From: Candidatus Latescibacterota bacterium
GTDB lineage: Bacteria; Latescibacterota; UBA2968
Assembly: GCA_965208125.1 (NCBI GenBank)
Contig: OZ242320.1
Span: forward strand, 4,384,001-4,448,000
Length of the DNA stretch: 64,000 nucleotides
Reading direction: 5' to 3'
Below are positions 18,803-29,212 of the stretch, in pieces. The notes beneath the pieces were generated by a model. The model searched no databases and was not told where the DNA came from. It worked only from the letters and a program-made list of their open reading frames with translations. The position numbers and the translations under genes are program-made. The stretch's first letter is position 1. Each line of letters begins with the position of its first letter.

Positions 18803-19541
18803 AAGAGATGACGCACGCGTCGCCATTCTGGCTACCGATGAAGATGCACGCAACAAAGGCGTAGTTGAAGCGTTGTTGATTGCAGCCGATGATCCTCTGG
18901 GAGCATCGCGCCTGTCATCGGTTTTGGGACAGCAGACTGGCGCAAAAGAAATTCGCGCTTATGTCAATGATCTCAATGAAGAATACGCACAGACGGGTCG
19001 CAGTTTCAGGGTTGTCGAAGTCGCAGGGGGCTTTCAGTTGGCTGTACACAGCGAATTTGCGCCCTGGATTCGGCAACTGATGCGCGAGAAAGTCGCACCC
19101 CGGCTTTCTCAAGCTTCTCTGGAAACCCTCGCTATTCTGGCTTTTAAGCAGCCGATTACCAAAGCCGAAGTCGAGCATATTCGCGGCGTGTCTGTCGATG
19201 GCGTTTTGCGACAGTTAATGGAAAAGGGACTGATCCGTATTTCCGGGCGGTCAGACGCACCTGGACGGCCCCTGTTATACGGAACGACACGCGATTTTTT
19301 AAAGCATTTTGGTCTCAAAACCCTGTCTGATTTGCCCAGGATTCGCGAGTTGGAAGAATTGCTTCGAGAAGAGGAGCAACGAGTGGCCGAAGGCAAGGAC
19401 AGCCCGTTATCGGGTGTGATCAATACCGATGGGAATAGCGAACGGGATACCCATGACAGAGCGCCTGAACCGGTTTCTGGCCCGCGCGGGAGTGGCTTCG
19501 CGGCGAGCGAGCGAGCGGTTGATTCAAACGGGCAGCGTTAA
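18795..19541 (+). CDS. scpB: SMC-Scp complex subunit ScpB
   Basis: VEALL, LSQASLETLAILAFKQPIT, IRGV, PGRPLLYGTT..FL. Confidence 0.95.
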   Translation: MSERDDARVAILATDEDARNKGVVEALLIAADDPLGASRLSSVLGQQTGAKEIRAYVNDLNEEYAQTGRSFRVVEVAGGFQLAVHSEFAPWIRQLMREKVAPRLSQASLETLAILAFKQPITKAEVEHIRGVSVDGVLRQLMEKGLIRISGRSDAPGRPLLYGTTRDFLKHFGLKTLSDLPRIRELEELLREEEQRVAEGKDSPLSGVINTDGNSERDTHDRAPEPVSGPRGSGFAASERAVDSNGQR

Positions 19542-20184
19542 AATAAATGGCGCTGTTGTGACACATCCGGGCACGCGAATCAACCCGCGTAGCGATCAGG
19601 TATGTGTCAATGGTCGGGCGATCCAATCGGTTGATAAACAAACTTATATTTTATTGCACAAACCCCCGGGATATCTGGTATCGGCGCGCGACCCGCATCA
19701 TGCCCAAACAATTTACAAATTGTTGCGCGGCATCGATGCTCGGGTTTTTCCCGTCGGACGGCTCGATCTGGATACGCAAGGGGTTTTGTTGTTGATGGAC
19801 GATGGCGATCTGGCATTTCGATTGACCCATCCGCGATATGGGGTCAAGAAAGTCTATTGCGCCTGGGTGCGCGGGCATCCTGGCGAGGCGGTATTGAGAA
19901 CACTGCGAGAGGGAATAAAGCTCAATGATGGTATTTCTGCTCCTGCACATATTCGGGTTATGCGCGCAAGAGGTGGAGATACAGAATTGGAATTGGTGCT
20001 TCACGAGGGGCGCAAAAGACAGGTGAAGCGGATGTGCGAGGCGGCAGGACATGGGGTGCAATCTTTAATACGCACGCACTTTGCTGGTCTTACAACGCGT
20101 CACCTCGAGCCAGGTCAATGGCGGCATCTGACCCAAGCAGAAGTAAAGAGGCTCCGAGAACTGGTCGGGCTGAATCATGAATGA
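19453..20184 (+). CDS. rluB: rRNA pseudouridine synthase (RluB/RsuA family)
   Basis: S4 domain ERLNRFLARAGVASRR, VGRLD, EGRKRQVKRM; ATG 19453. Confidence 0.9.
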   Translation: MTERLNRFLARAGVASRRASERLIQTGSVKINGAVVTHPGTRINPRSDQVCVNGRAIQSVDKQTYILLHKPPGYLVSARDPHHAQTIYKLLRGIDARVFPVGRLDLDTQGVLLLMDDGDLAFRLTHPRYGVKKVYCAWVRGHPGEAVLRTLREGIKLNDGISAPAHIRVMRARGGDTELELVLHEGRKRQVKRMCEAAGHGVQSLIRTHFAGLTTRHLEPGQWRHLTQAEVKRLRELVGLNHE

Positions 20185-20875
20185 GCGATTTATGCGCGAA
20201 AATGGCATTGTTATTGCGATTGATGGCCCGGCAGGTGCCGGCAAGAGTACAACTGCACGGCTCGTAGCAGAGCAAATGGGGTACCTCTATCTGGATACCG
20301 GAGCCATGTATCGCGCCGTGGGCCTGGCAGCTTTGCAACAGGGCGTTGACCCCGATGATGCCGATGGCGTAACTGCATTGTGTAGCGCGCTCCATCTCGC
20401 ATTTCAAATGCGAGATGGGCAGTTGCAAACCCTGCTTAATGGGAAAAATATATCCGATGCGATTCGCACATCTGAAATATCTCAGGCTGCGTCTCGCGTA
20501 GCTGTCCATCCAGGGGTGCGTGATGTGCTCGTTGCATTACAGCGGGTCATGGGACGGGATGGGGGTATTGTTTTAGAAGGTCGAGATACTGGTACTGCTA
20601 TTTTTCCAGATGCGGAATTGAAAATTTTTCTCGTTGCCGATCCCGCCGAACGCGCGCGACGACGACTCAGAGATTTAAAAAAAAGGGGTGAATCTGCCGT
20701 GTTTGAGTCGCTGTTGGACGAAATTCGCATTCGGGATATTCGCGACCGTCAAACGCAGTTGCAACGCGGCGCGTGGCCCGCATCTGATGCCGTGTGTATA
20801 GATACCACAGAATTGTCAATCGCAGAACAAGTGGGTCGGATTGTTGCACTTGCCCAACGGCAAAACAGGGCGTGA
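20177..20875 (+). CDS. cmk: Cytidylate kinase
   Basis: IAIDGPAGAGKST, DTGAMYRA, EGRDTGT. Confidence 0.96.
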   Translation: MNERFMRENGIVIAIDGPAGAGKSTTARLVAEQMGYLYLDTGAMYRAVGLAALQQGVDPDDADGVTALCSALHLAFQMRDGQLQTLLNGKNISDAIRTSEISQAASRVAVHPGVRDVLVALQRVMGRDGGIVLEGRDTGTAIFPDAELKIFLVADPAERARRRLRDLKKRGESAVFESLLDEIRIRDIRDRQTQLQRGAWPASDAVCIDTTELSIAEQVGRIVALAQRQNRA

Positions 20876-20895
20876 ATGGTAAATGGATGGTATCG

Positions 20896-21540
20896 ATGAC
20901 ATTTTATCGCTTTTGCTGGTGGCTGGCCTACGGGCTGGCCGTTTTACTATTTCGGTTACGGGTCGAAGGGCGGCGTCACATACCCCAGTCGGGTGCTTTG
21001 ATTTTAGCTGCTAACCACTGTTCTTACGTCGATCCCGTTATTATTGGAGTTGCGGCAGGACGCGAACTTTGGTATCTTGCTAAGGCTGAACTCTTTCCTA
21101 TTCCGTTGTTGGGAAAGTTGATCCACAGGTTACACGCGATGCCCGTTGATAGAAGCCGAGGAGACCGCAGCGCATTTTTGGCCTGGACAAAGACTTTGCA
21201 GGCAGGCAATCCCGTGCTCATTTTTCCAGAAGGCACGCGCAATAAGCGCCCCGGTTTCCTGCGTCCCCGATCAGGGGTGGGCATGCTGGTTTATCGCACT
21301 CGAGCACCTGTGGTACCCGTATATATTTCGGGCACGGTCAATATCTGGAAGACGATGATTGGGCTGGATCGGTTGCAGGTGCGGTTTGGCGAGCCCATTT
21401 TTCGCTCCCCAGAACAATTGCCCGACAGGCGTCGCGACGCCTACAATTTTATCACTCATGAGGTGATGCGTCATCTCGCGGTTCTCAAGCGGATGCGGCG
21501 GAAAGCCGGCACGGTTGCACCCGCTTCCCGCAATGGTTAA
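20896..21540 (+). CDS. plsC: 1-acyl-sn-glycerol-3-phosphate acyltransferase
   Basis: NHCSYVD (HX4D), FPEGTR. Start uncertain between 20872 and 20896. Confidence 0.88.
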   Translation: MTFYRFCWWLAYGLAVLLFRLRVEGRRHIPQSGALILAANHCSYVDPVIIGVAAGRELWYLAKAELFPIPLLGKLIHRLHAMPVDRSRGDRSAFLAWTKTLQAGNPVLIFPEGTRNKRPGFLRPRSGVGMLVYRTRAPVVPVYISGTVNIWKTMIGLDRLQVRFGEPIFRSPEQLPDRRRDAYNFITHEVMRHLAVLKRMRRKAGTVAPASRNG

Positions 21541-21632
21541 CGATAAGGTGTCGGCACGGTTTGATCGACGTTGTTTGTCGTTCTTTTTTTATTTTTTTGC
21601 GCGATTTTTTAGCGTGAAAGGAATTATCTGGT

Positions 21633-23525
21633 ATGTCCGTTAATACCCTTCCCAAACCCACCCCTGAAGAAGCACTGGCCGCGCTGGATGAAAGCGAATA
21701 TAGCGAGGCAGAATTTAATGAAATGATGGAACTCTACGAAGAGACATTAGAGACCATTAAGCAGGGCGAGATTGTTATGGGCACTGTGAGGTCCATCCAT
21801 GATGGAATCGTAGTGGTAGATATTGGTTTCAAGTCTGAAGGCGCGATTCCCCTCTCTGAATTTGGCGACCCGCCAGCTATAGAGGAAGGCGATGAAATCG
21901 AGGTTTTTTTAGAGAGCATTGAGGATCAAGAAGGCCAGGTGGTGCTGTCCAAGACCAAAGCTGACTTTATGCGGGTGTGGGATCGCATTAAGGACGCGTA
22001 TGATAGTGATCAGATTGTCGAAGGTCGTTTGATGCGGCGAATCAAGGGTGGCATAGTGGTCGATCTTTTCGGCGTCGATGCTTTCTTGCCCGGCTCCCAA
22101 ATTGACATCAAACAGGTCAAAAATTTTGATCAATTTCTCGGTAATGTGTACCCGTTCCGGATCATAAAGCTCAACAAGAATCGCCGAAATATTGTCATTT
22201 CTCGCCGCGTCGTTCTCGAAGAAGAACGCTCCAGGCTGCGCAAACAGATTCTCGCCACGTTGGAAGTGGGGCAAGTACGTCAGGGGTCGGTCAAAAATAT
22301 AACCGATTTTGGTGCGTTTATCGATCTGGGCGGCTTAGACGGATTGTTGCATATTACAGATATTGCCTGGGGCCGCGTTGGACATCCATCAGAAGTCTTG
22401 TCCATTGGCGAAGAAGTAGAAGTCAAGGTGCTCAATTACGATGAGAAACGCGAGCGCATTTCGCTGGGCATGAAGCAATTACAAGATCACCCCTGGAAAG
22501 ATGTTGAGGAAAAATATCCGGTTGATAGCAAGGTGATAGGTAAGGTTGTCAGCATTACGGATTACGGAGCTTTTGTCGAGTTGGAACAGGGTGTCGAAGG
22601 ATTGGTCCACATTTCTGAAATGTCGTGGACTCAGCATATTCGCCATCCCTCCAAGCTGGTCTCAATTGGTGATGAAGTTGAGGTTATGGTCCTGCGCGTG
22701 GATCAGGAAGGTCAAAAAATTTCGTTGGGTCTCAAGCAGGTGCAGCCCGATCCCTGGGAAGATCTCGACCAGAAATATCCCTCAGGCACACCTCTTCGAG
22801 GCATTGTACGCAATTTGACCAATTTTGGAGCCTTTGTCGAAATCGAAGAGGGGATCGACGGGCTGGTGCATATTTCCGATATGTCCTGGACCAAGCGCAT
22901 TCGCCATCCGAGTGAGGTAATAAAAAAAGGCCAGGAATTGGATATTGTTGTGCTCAATATCGATAAAGAGCGGCGGCGCATCTCACTGGGGCACAAACAG
23001 ACTATTGAAAATCCCTGGGCAAAACTGGCCGTTACTTATGCTGTGGGTAATGCCGTAGAAGGTACTATTTCACGCATTCTCGAACGCGGGGTGGTCGTTG
23101 ACCTGGAAGGGCATGTAGAAGGATTTGTGCCGGTCTCGCAACTGGGTATTGACGACCTTCAACGTCCCGATGAATATTTCGAGGAAGGCGATGAGTTGCC
23201 GCTGAAAGTCGTGGAGTTTGACGAAGACCAAAAGAAAATTGTGTTGAGCGTGCGAGAGCGTTTGCGCGATGCCGATCAAGATGAAATCGACGCTTTTCTG
23301 GAGGCACATCCTCGACGGGAAAGCGCAGAAGATAAAGCAGAGAAAGAAGTGGCAGAAGCTGAGGCCGAGGTAGAGGTGGAAGCAGAGACAGAGGATAAAG
23401 TTGAAGATACTGTGGAAGAGGTAGAGGCTGAAACTGAAGTAGAAGATGCGGTGGAAGCAGAGGCTGAAGCAGAGGTGGTAGCAGAAGCGGAAGCAGCTAA
23501 ATCGCAGAGCAGCAAAGAGGAATAA
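21633..23525 (+). CDS. rpsA: 30S ribosomal protein S1 with acidic C-terminal tail
   Basis: Six S1 repeats (FGAFVE..GLVHISE) in cmk-plsC-rpsA context. Confidence 0.97.
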   Translation: MSVNTLPKPTPEEALAALDESEYSEAEFNEMMELYEETLETIKQGEIVMGTVRSIHDGIVVVDIGFKSEGAIPLSEFGDPPAIEEGDEIEVFLESIEDQEGQVVLSKTKADFMRVWDRIKDAYDSDQIVEGRLMRRIKGGIVVDLFGVDAFLPGSQIDIKQVKNFDQFLGNVYPFRIIKLNKNRRNIVISRRVVLEEERSRLRKQILATLEVGQVRQGSVKNITDFGAFIDLGGLDGLLHITDIAWGRVGHPSEVLSIGEEVEVKVLNYDEKRERISLGMKQLQDHPWKDVEEKYPVDSKVIGKVVSITDYGAFVELEQGVEGLVHISEMSWTQHIRHPSKLVSIGDEVEVMVLRVDQEGQKISLGLKQVQPDPWEDLDQKYPSGTPLRGIVRNLTNFGAFVEIEEGIDGLVHISDMSWTKRIRHPSEVIKKGQELDIVVLNIDKERRRISLGHKQTIENPWAKLAVTYAVGNAVEGTISRILERGVVVDLEGHVEGFVPVSQLGIDDLQRPDEYFEEGDELPLKVVEFDEDQKKIVLSVRERLRDADQDEIDAFLEAHPRRESAEDKAEKEVAEAEAEVEVEAETEDKVEDTVEEVEAETEVEDAVEAEAEAEVVAEAEAAKSQSSKEE

Positions 23526-23550
23526 GATTGCTCAGATTTATCAGGCGGTT

Positions 23551-23590
23551 GCAAAGCGTTGGGGCATATCGTCTCAACGCTTTGTTTTTT
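23551..23590 (+). terminator. Intrinsic terminator after rpsA
   Basis: CAAAGCGTTGGGGC-ATATC-GTCTCAACGCTTTG stem followed by a T run. Confidence 0.8.
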
Positions 23591-23606
23591 CAAATGACTG
23601 ATTTTT

Positions 23607-24950
23607 ATGCGAGATCAAAAGACGGTTGCGTTTTATACGCTTGGTTGTAAGCTCAATACCTATGACACACAGTGGTATGCCGAGCAGTTTGTGGCGCAGG
23701 GTTATCGCGAGGTGCCATTTGGCGAGTTCGCAGATGTTACTGTGGTCAATACCTGCACTGTGACTGGTCAAGGGGATGCGCAGTCGCGTAAGGCATTGCG
23801 CAAAGCGCATCGGATTTCGCCTGCGGGTACCGTGGTCGCGGTGGGGTGTTATGCACAAACCGATCCAGATGCCCTATCTGCAATGCCCGAAGTCGATCTG
23901 GTGGTCGGAACAGCGGAGCGGACGCAACTCCTGGATTTGGTAAATAATACCTGTTCTTTGGGGCGCACATTCGTGACGCGCAGTCGCACGGCTGATTTTC
24001 AGGATATGGATATTTACAATTTCGGCGAGCGCGCTCGGGCTTTTGTCAAAATTCAGGAAGGGTGCAACGAATTTTGCTCGTTTTGCATTATTCCGTTTGC
24101 GCGTGGGCGCAGTCGCAGTCGCACGCTTGAGAGTACCGTATTGCAGGTCGAGAAATTGGTAGCAGCGGGCTATCGAGAGGTGGTGCTGACGGGGGTGCAT
24201 ATTGGCGATTACGGCGTGGATTTGGAGGCGCGCGATTTGTTGCAGGTGCTGGAGGCTATTGAGGGGATCAACGGGTTGGAACGCTTCCGCGTGAGTTCAA
24301 TCGAAGCGACTTATGTGACCGATGCCATGATCGATTTTTTTGCGTCGAGCCAGAAGTTTTGCAGACATTTGCACATCCCATTGCAAAGCGGTGACAATGG
24401 CGTGTTGAAGGCAATGCGTCGTCCCTATACGCGGGATCAGTATATCGCGCTGGTTGAAAAACTCGCGGATCGGATTCCCGATGTGGGGATTGGTGGCGAT
24501 GTGATGGTGGGGTTCCCCGGTGAGTCGGATGAGGCATTTCAAAATACGCGCGATTTGATTGCCAATCACCCCATGACGTATTTGCACGTATTTCCGTATT
24601 CGCCTCGGGGGAAAACGCCTGCAGCGCGCATGACAAATCAGGTTGATCCCCAGGTGAAAAAGCAACGCGGCGCAATACTTCGCAGATTGGGGCAGCAAAA
24701 GGTAGCGGCATTTCAAGCGCGGTTTATTGGGCGCACGTTGCCCGTGCTTTTTGAAAACCGCCGCAATGGGCAGCTTTTACAGGGGTTGACCGATAATTAT
24801 ATCCGGGTGGTTGCGCCTGCTCCAGATGCCGCGTGCGAAGAGATTGTCGATGTGCGCTTGCAGCGGATTGATGACGATGTGGTCGTCGGAGAATTGGTGG
24901 GTTTCGAGGGGCATCACACGCGGGAATTATTACAGGTGCAAAGTGCATAA
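23607..24950 (+). CDS. mtaB: tRNA t6A37 methylthiotransferase
   Basis: TLGCKLN, VNTCTVT, KIQEGCNEFCSFC, VGFPGE, HVFPYSPR, GLTDNY. Confidence 0.93.
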   Translation: MRDQKTVAFYTLGCKLNTYDTQWYAEQFVAQGYREVPFGEFADVTVVNTCTVTGQGDAQSRKALRKAHRISPAGTVVAVGCYAQTDPDALSAMPEVDLVVGTAERTQLLDLVNNTCSLGRTFVTRSRTADFQDMDIYNFGERARAFVKIQEGCNEFCSFCIIPFARGRSRSRTLESTVLQVEKLVAAGYREVVLTGVHIGDYGVDLEARDLLQVLEAIEGINGLERFRVSSIEATYVTDAMIDFFASSQKFCRHLHIPLQSGDNGVLKAMRRPYTRDQYIALVEKLADRIPDVGIGGDVMVGFPGESDEAFQNTRDLIANHPMTYLHVFPYSPRGKTPAARMTNQVDPQVKKQRGAILRRLGQQKVAAFQARFIGRTLPVLFENRRNGQLLQGLTDNYIRVVAPAPDAACEEIVDVRLQRIDDDVVVGELVGFEGHHTRELLQVQSA

Positions 24951-24970
24951 GGCGAGATCTGGACAGAATA

Positions 24971-25005
24971 GGCCGATTCCGAAGGGAATTGGTCTTTTTT
25001 TTTTT
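24971..25005 (+). terminator. Intrinsic terminator after mtaB
   Basis: GGCCGATTCC-GAAG-GGAATTGGTC followed by T11. Confidence 0.85.
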
Positions 25006-25084
25006 GAAATTCTGAGTATATTCCCGAAGAGAGAGAATTTTTGCGTTTTTTACAGGCGATTTTACAAAATAAAGGAGTGAGATT

Positions 25085-25651
25085 ATGTCTTTTGACGCAG
25101 GTGCTTATGGCGGCGTTTTTGCAGAATTGATTTCCGAAAAGCGATTGAATCCACTGGATGGTGGCGAAGAGAACGCCGCGGCGAAAAGCGCGCTCGACGC
25201 GCTGACAGTGGGGTCTGCTTTTGCTGGCAAAACAGTGGTGGATAGAGATATGGCACAGGGCTGCATTTCTGGCATGTGGTTGTATCACAACTTTTTAGAT
25301 GCGTCTCATACCATCAGTCAGGGCATTCATACGGCGACTGGAAGTTATTGGCACGGCATCATGCACCGCCGCGAACCCGATTTTTCCAATTCAAAATACT
25401 GGTTTGGCAAAGTGGGCAACCACGCCATTTTTGACGATTTGTGCAAGGCTGCTGCTCGCGTTGCGGGTGGCGTTTCCGGCGCGCCAGACTTTTTGACGAC
25501 GCAAGCACATTGGGATGCGTTTGCTTATGTTGATTTGTGTGCCGGTGCACTCGAAGGGCGTTCTGCACACGACGCACTTTGCCGCGAGATTCAACTGTGC
25601 GAATGGGAGTTGTTATTTGATTATTCGTATCGAAAAGCGATTGGAGAATGA
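25085..25651 (+). CDS. Conserved hypothetical protein (HxxxQ / YWHxxxHRRE.D..N..YW family)
   Basis: AAGGAG RBS; motif [26 protein letters not shown]. Confidence 0.8.
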   Translation: MSFDAGAYGGVFAELISEKRLNPLDGGEENAAAKSALDALTVGSAFAGKTVVDRDMAQGCISGMWLYHNFLDASHTISQGIHTATGSYWHGIMHRREPDFSNSKYWFGKVGNHAIFDDLCKAAARVAGGVSGAPDFLTTQAHWDAFAYVDLCAGALEGRSAHDALCREIQLCEWELLFDYSYRKAIGE

Positions 25652-25672
25652 GAAGTCTTTAGAGGATTGGGA

Positions 25673-28297
25673 ATGGCGACGCAATTGACACCGGCAATGG
25701 AACAGTACGCGCGTTTTAAGGAGCAGCATCCGGATGCGATTTTGCTGTTTCGGATGGGCGATTTTTACGAGACATTTTACGACGACGCCGTTGTTGCATC
25801 TCAGCTTTTGGGATTGACGTTGACATCGCGTAACAATGGGCGTGCAGACCGCATCCCGCTGGCAGGTGTGCCACATCACGCGCTGGATACCTATCTCGCA
25901 AGGCTTATCAAAGCCGGAAAAAAGGTGGCGATTTGCGAGCAGATGGAGCCGCCACAAAAGGGCAAGAAAGTGGTGCGCCGAGAGGTGGTGCAGGTCGTGT
26001 CGCCGGGAACGGTAATGTCCGATGATTTGCTCGATCAAAAGCGCAATAATTATCTCATAGGCATTTTTGTTTCTGGCGATCAATTGGGTATGGCAACAGC
26101 GGATCTATCAACGGGTATGTTCAGAGCATCGGAACGCGCGGCAGATGATTTGTGGGAGATATTGGAGCGCGTGGCTCCCGCAGAGGTGCTGGCGCCCGAG
26201 GCGTGGGTCAAAGACAACGAAGCCGAGTTTGAAGCGCGGATGCCGGGTGCATTGCTCACGCATATAGAAGATTGGCACTTTGGACAGCATTATGCGTACG
26301 ATGCACTGAAGGAGCATTTCAAGGTGGCGTCTCTCAAGGGCTTTGGGTGCGATGATCTCACCGTTGGGATATGCGCTGCGGGCGGGGTGCTGTGTTATTT
26401 GCGCGAAAATCAGAAGGGGGCCGTATCCCATATTACGCGATTGGCACGCGAACACACCGAATCGGTAATGGAACTGGATCTGGTGACACAGCGCAATCTG
26501 GAACTGGTTACAACTATTCAAGAGGGACGGCGCGAGGGTACGTTGTTTGGGGTTTTAGATCAGACGTGTACGCCGCAGGGCGCGCGAACACTGCGTACAT
26601 GGCTATCACAGCCGCTTGTAGATGTCGGTCGCATTGAAGCACGCTTAGATGCAGTGCAAGCATTTGTCGAATCTGCAGCGTATCGGGACGAGGCGCGAGA
26701 GGCCCTGCGCGGTGTTGGAGATCTGGAGCGATTGATGTCCCGAATCTGTTGCAATCGGGCCAATCCGCGTGAACTTGTGGCTCTCCAGCGATCTTTGGAA
26801 GCGGTTGTTCCTCTGCGAGAAGCCCTGCGAGAATTTCGCGCGGATTTGCTGGTGCGGGCGCGCGATCAGGGCATGCCGGACCTGACAGAGCTGATTGATT
26901 TGATCGCTCATACGCTTGAAGACGACCCACCTGCCCAGATTAGCGATGGCGGATATATCAGAACGGGCTATCACAAAGAGCTGGATGAATTGCGGGAAAT
27001 CGCATCGGGCGGGCGCGATTGGGTTGCCAACTTGCAGGCAGATGAACGCGAGAAAACGGGTATCGCGTCGTTGAAGGTGGGGTATAATAAGGCATTTGGA
27101 TATTATATTGAGGTCACCAAGGCCAATCAGGATAAGGTGCCCGCGTATTTTGTGCGCAAGCAAACGCTGGTCAATGCCGAGCGGTATATCACGCCGGAAT
27201 TGAAGGATTGGGAGGCGAAAATTTTGGGCGCAGATGAGCGGGCCAGGGACCTCGAGCGCGATTTGTTTGCCGCGTTGCGCGAAGAGGTGGCCGGTTGGGT
27301 AGAACCCGTGCAGCGCACAGCGCTATCCGTGGCTACAGTAGATGTGTTGAGCACGCTGGCCGAGGTGGCGTCGTCCAGTGATTATGTGCGTCCCCAGGTG
27401 GATGATAGCGTGCGTATTGATGTGAAAGAAGGCCGACATCCCGCGGTTGAGCAGTTGCTTCCGGGCGGTAATTTTGTGCCCAATGACCTGAAGATTGATG
27501 GTGAGACCGATCAAATTTTGCTGATTACTGGCCCGAATATGTCGGGTAAATCGACGGTTTTGCGCCAGACCGGGTTGATTGTGCTTTTGGCGCAGGTCGG
27601 CAGTTTTGTGCCTGCGCGCGAGGCGCGTATTGGGGTGGTGGATCGCATTTTTACACGGGTGGGTGCATCCGATAATCTGGCGCGGGGCGAGAGTACGTTT
27701 TTGGTGGAGATGAATGAGGCGGCGAATATTTTGAATAATGCGACGCCGAAGAGTCTTGTGCTTTTGGACGAGATCGGGCGCGGAACGAGTACGTTTGATG
27801 GGTTGAGTATTGCCTGGGCTATGACGGAGTATTTACACAATGCCGAACAGATTCAGCCGCGGACGTTGTTTGCGACGCATTATCACGAGTTGACAGAATT
27901 GGAGGATTTGCTGCCTCGGGTGGTGAATTACAGCGTTGCCGTGCGCGAGGCGGGCGATACCATCGCGTTTTTGCACAAGCTGGTGCCGGGCGGGTGCGAC
28001 CATAGCTACGGCATTGAAGTGGCGCGTCTGGCCGGGATGCCGGCAGAGATGATTGCGCGGGCAAAGGAGATTTTGAACCGGCTGGAGCAAAACGATCTGT
28101 CGGTGGGATCAAAGTCCCAACCCGATCGCGTGAAGGAGAATGGGCAGATGCCGCTGTTTGCTCCGGTAGCAGAAGTGAAGGTTGAGCGGGAAGATCATCC
28201 GATGTTGTCTGAGTTGCGCGATTTAGACATCGCACATCTCACACCTGTTGAAGCGCTGGTAAAATTAGATGCGTGGAAGCGGGCGTTGGAAGAATGA
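25673..28297 (+). CDS. mutS: DNA mismatch repair protein MutS
   Basis: TPAMEQY, FRMGDFYE, TGPNMSGKST, STFLVEM, DEIGRGTST, FATHYHEL, SYGIEVA. Confidence 0.98.
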   Translation: MATQLTPAMEQYARFKEQHPDAILLFRMGDFYETFYDDAVVASQLLGLTLTSRNNGRADRIPLAGVPHHALDTYLARLIKAGKKVAICEQMEPPQKGKKVVRREVVQVVSPGTVMSDDLLDQKRNNYLIGIFVSGDQLGMATADLSTGMFRASERAADDLWEILERVAPAEVLAPEAWVKDNEAEFEARMPGALLTHIEDWHFGQHYAYDALKEHFKVASLKGFGCDDLTVGICAAGGVLCYLRENQKGAVSHITRLAREHTESVMELDLVTQRNLELVTTIQEGRREGTLFGVLDQTCTPQGARTLRTWLSQPLVDVGRIEARLDAVQAFVESAAYRDEAREALRGVGDLERLMSRICCNRANPRELVALQRSLEAVVPLREALREFRADLLVRARDQGMPDLTELIDLIAHTLEDDPPAQISDGGYIRTGYHKELDELREIASGGRDWVANLQADEREKTGIASLKVGYNKAFGYYIEVTKANQDKVPAYFVRKQTLVNAERYITPELKDWEAKILGADERARDLERDLFAALREEVAGWVEPVQRTALSVATVDVLSTLAEVASSSDYVRPQVDDSVRIDVKEGRHPAVEQLLPGGNFVPNDLKIDGETDQILLITGPNMSGKSTVLRQTGLIVLLAQVGSFVPAREARIGVVDRIFTRVGASDNLARGESTFLVEMNEAANILNNATPKSLVLLDEIGRGTSTFDGLSIAWAMTEYLHNAEQIQPRTLFATHYHELTELEDLLPRVVNYSVAVREAGDTIAFLHKLVPGGCDHSYGIEVARLAGMPAEMIARAKEILNRLEQNDLSVGSKSQPDRVKENGQMPLFAPVAEVKVEREDHPMLSELRDLDIAHLTPVEALVKLDAWKRALEE

Positions 28298-28305
28298 GTT
28301 AGAGA

Positions 28306-28345
28306 TAAACAAAAAAAGCCGATATATCTCGGCTTTTTTTGTTTA
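28306..28345. terminator. Bidirectional intrinsic terminator
   Basis: TAAACAAAAAAAGCCGA-TATATC-TCGGCTTTTTTTGTTTA between convergent genes. Confidence 0.88.
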
Positions 28346-28350
28346 GGTGA

Positions 28351-29196
28351 CTATTCACAGCTCATCCCGTGTTCGTCGAGCCAGGTTTTGAGGGGCGCGT
28401 CTTCGGGCGTGGGGGAGGTGTAGCCGCGACCGCCGGAGTAGCTGACGCCGAGGAGTTGTTTTTGGATGGGCGTGCAGTGGTCAAGGTAGTGTTCGACGCG
28501 CATGTCGTCGCGGGGGCGAAGCCAGCGATAGGAGTAGCCGTAGAAGAGTACGCGGCGAGGTTCCTTCCAGTAGTTGGTACTGGCCGAGTGCCATAAGCGG
28601 CGGTCAAAAAATACGGCTGAGCCGGGTGGTACGAGCACCGGGATAGCGTCTTTGTGCGGCGCGTTGCGATTTTCTCCGGGAAATGTGTTTTGAGTTTGGC
28701 TTTTGGGAAGGACGTAGAAATTGCCGCGGCCGGGTTGGGTTGTGTCGGTGAGAAAAAAGCCGATTTTGAGGGAGATCATGGGACGCGGGTTCATATCAAA
28801 GTCTTGATTGATGCGCCCGCTGTCTTGATGGAAGCCGAGGCCAGGTCCGTCTTTTTCGAGTGTTTTTTTCGGTTCTGCTGGGGGTGTCACGGTCATATGG
28901 GTGTGGTAGAGCTGGATGTGCCAGCCCAGGATGCCCCACACTTTGGGAAATGTTTTGTACCAGTCGAGCAGGGGCAAGAAGCGGTCGTCCTTGCCTATGA
29001 AGTCGTAGTGGTTGATGCGCGCTGTGGCACTTTTGCCCATCCGAGTGCGTTCTTCTTTATCTACGCGATCTACTGCGACGACGAGATCGCTGACCATGTC
29101 GGATGGCAGGGCGTCTGGAACGATGAAGTAGCCATCCCGTTTGAATTTGCGCGCTTCTTCTTCTGTCAGACAATAATCGAGACATTTGGGGTGCAT
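28351..29196 (-). CDS. Phytanoyl-CoA dioxygenase (PhyH) family Fe/2OG oxygenase
   Basis: F..DGYFIV, FHQDSG (HxD), GSAVFFDRRLWHSA, RRVLFYGY. Confidence 0.88.
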   Translation of the reverse strand: MHPKCLDYCLTEEEARKFKRDGYFIVPDALPSDMVSDLVVAVDRVDKEERTRMGKSATARINHYDFIGKDDRFLPLLDWYKTFPKVWGILGWHIQLYHTHMTVTPPAEPKKTLEKDGPGLGFHQDSGRINQDFDMNPRPMISLKIGFFLTDTTQPGRGNFYVLPKSQTQNTFPGENRNAPHKDAIPVLVPPGSAVFFDRRLWHSASTNYWKEPRRVLFYGYSYRWLRPRDDMRVEHYLDHCTPIQKQLLGVSYSGGRGYTSPTPEDAPLKTWLDEHGMSCE

Positions 29197-29212
29197 TGTT
29201 TGGCTCCTTATC

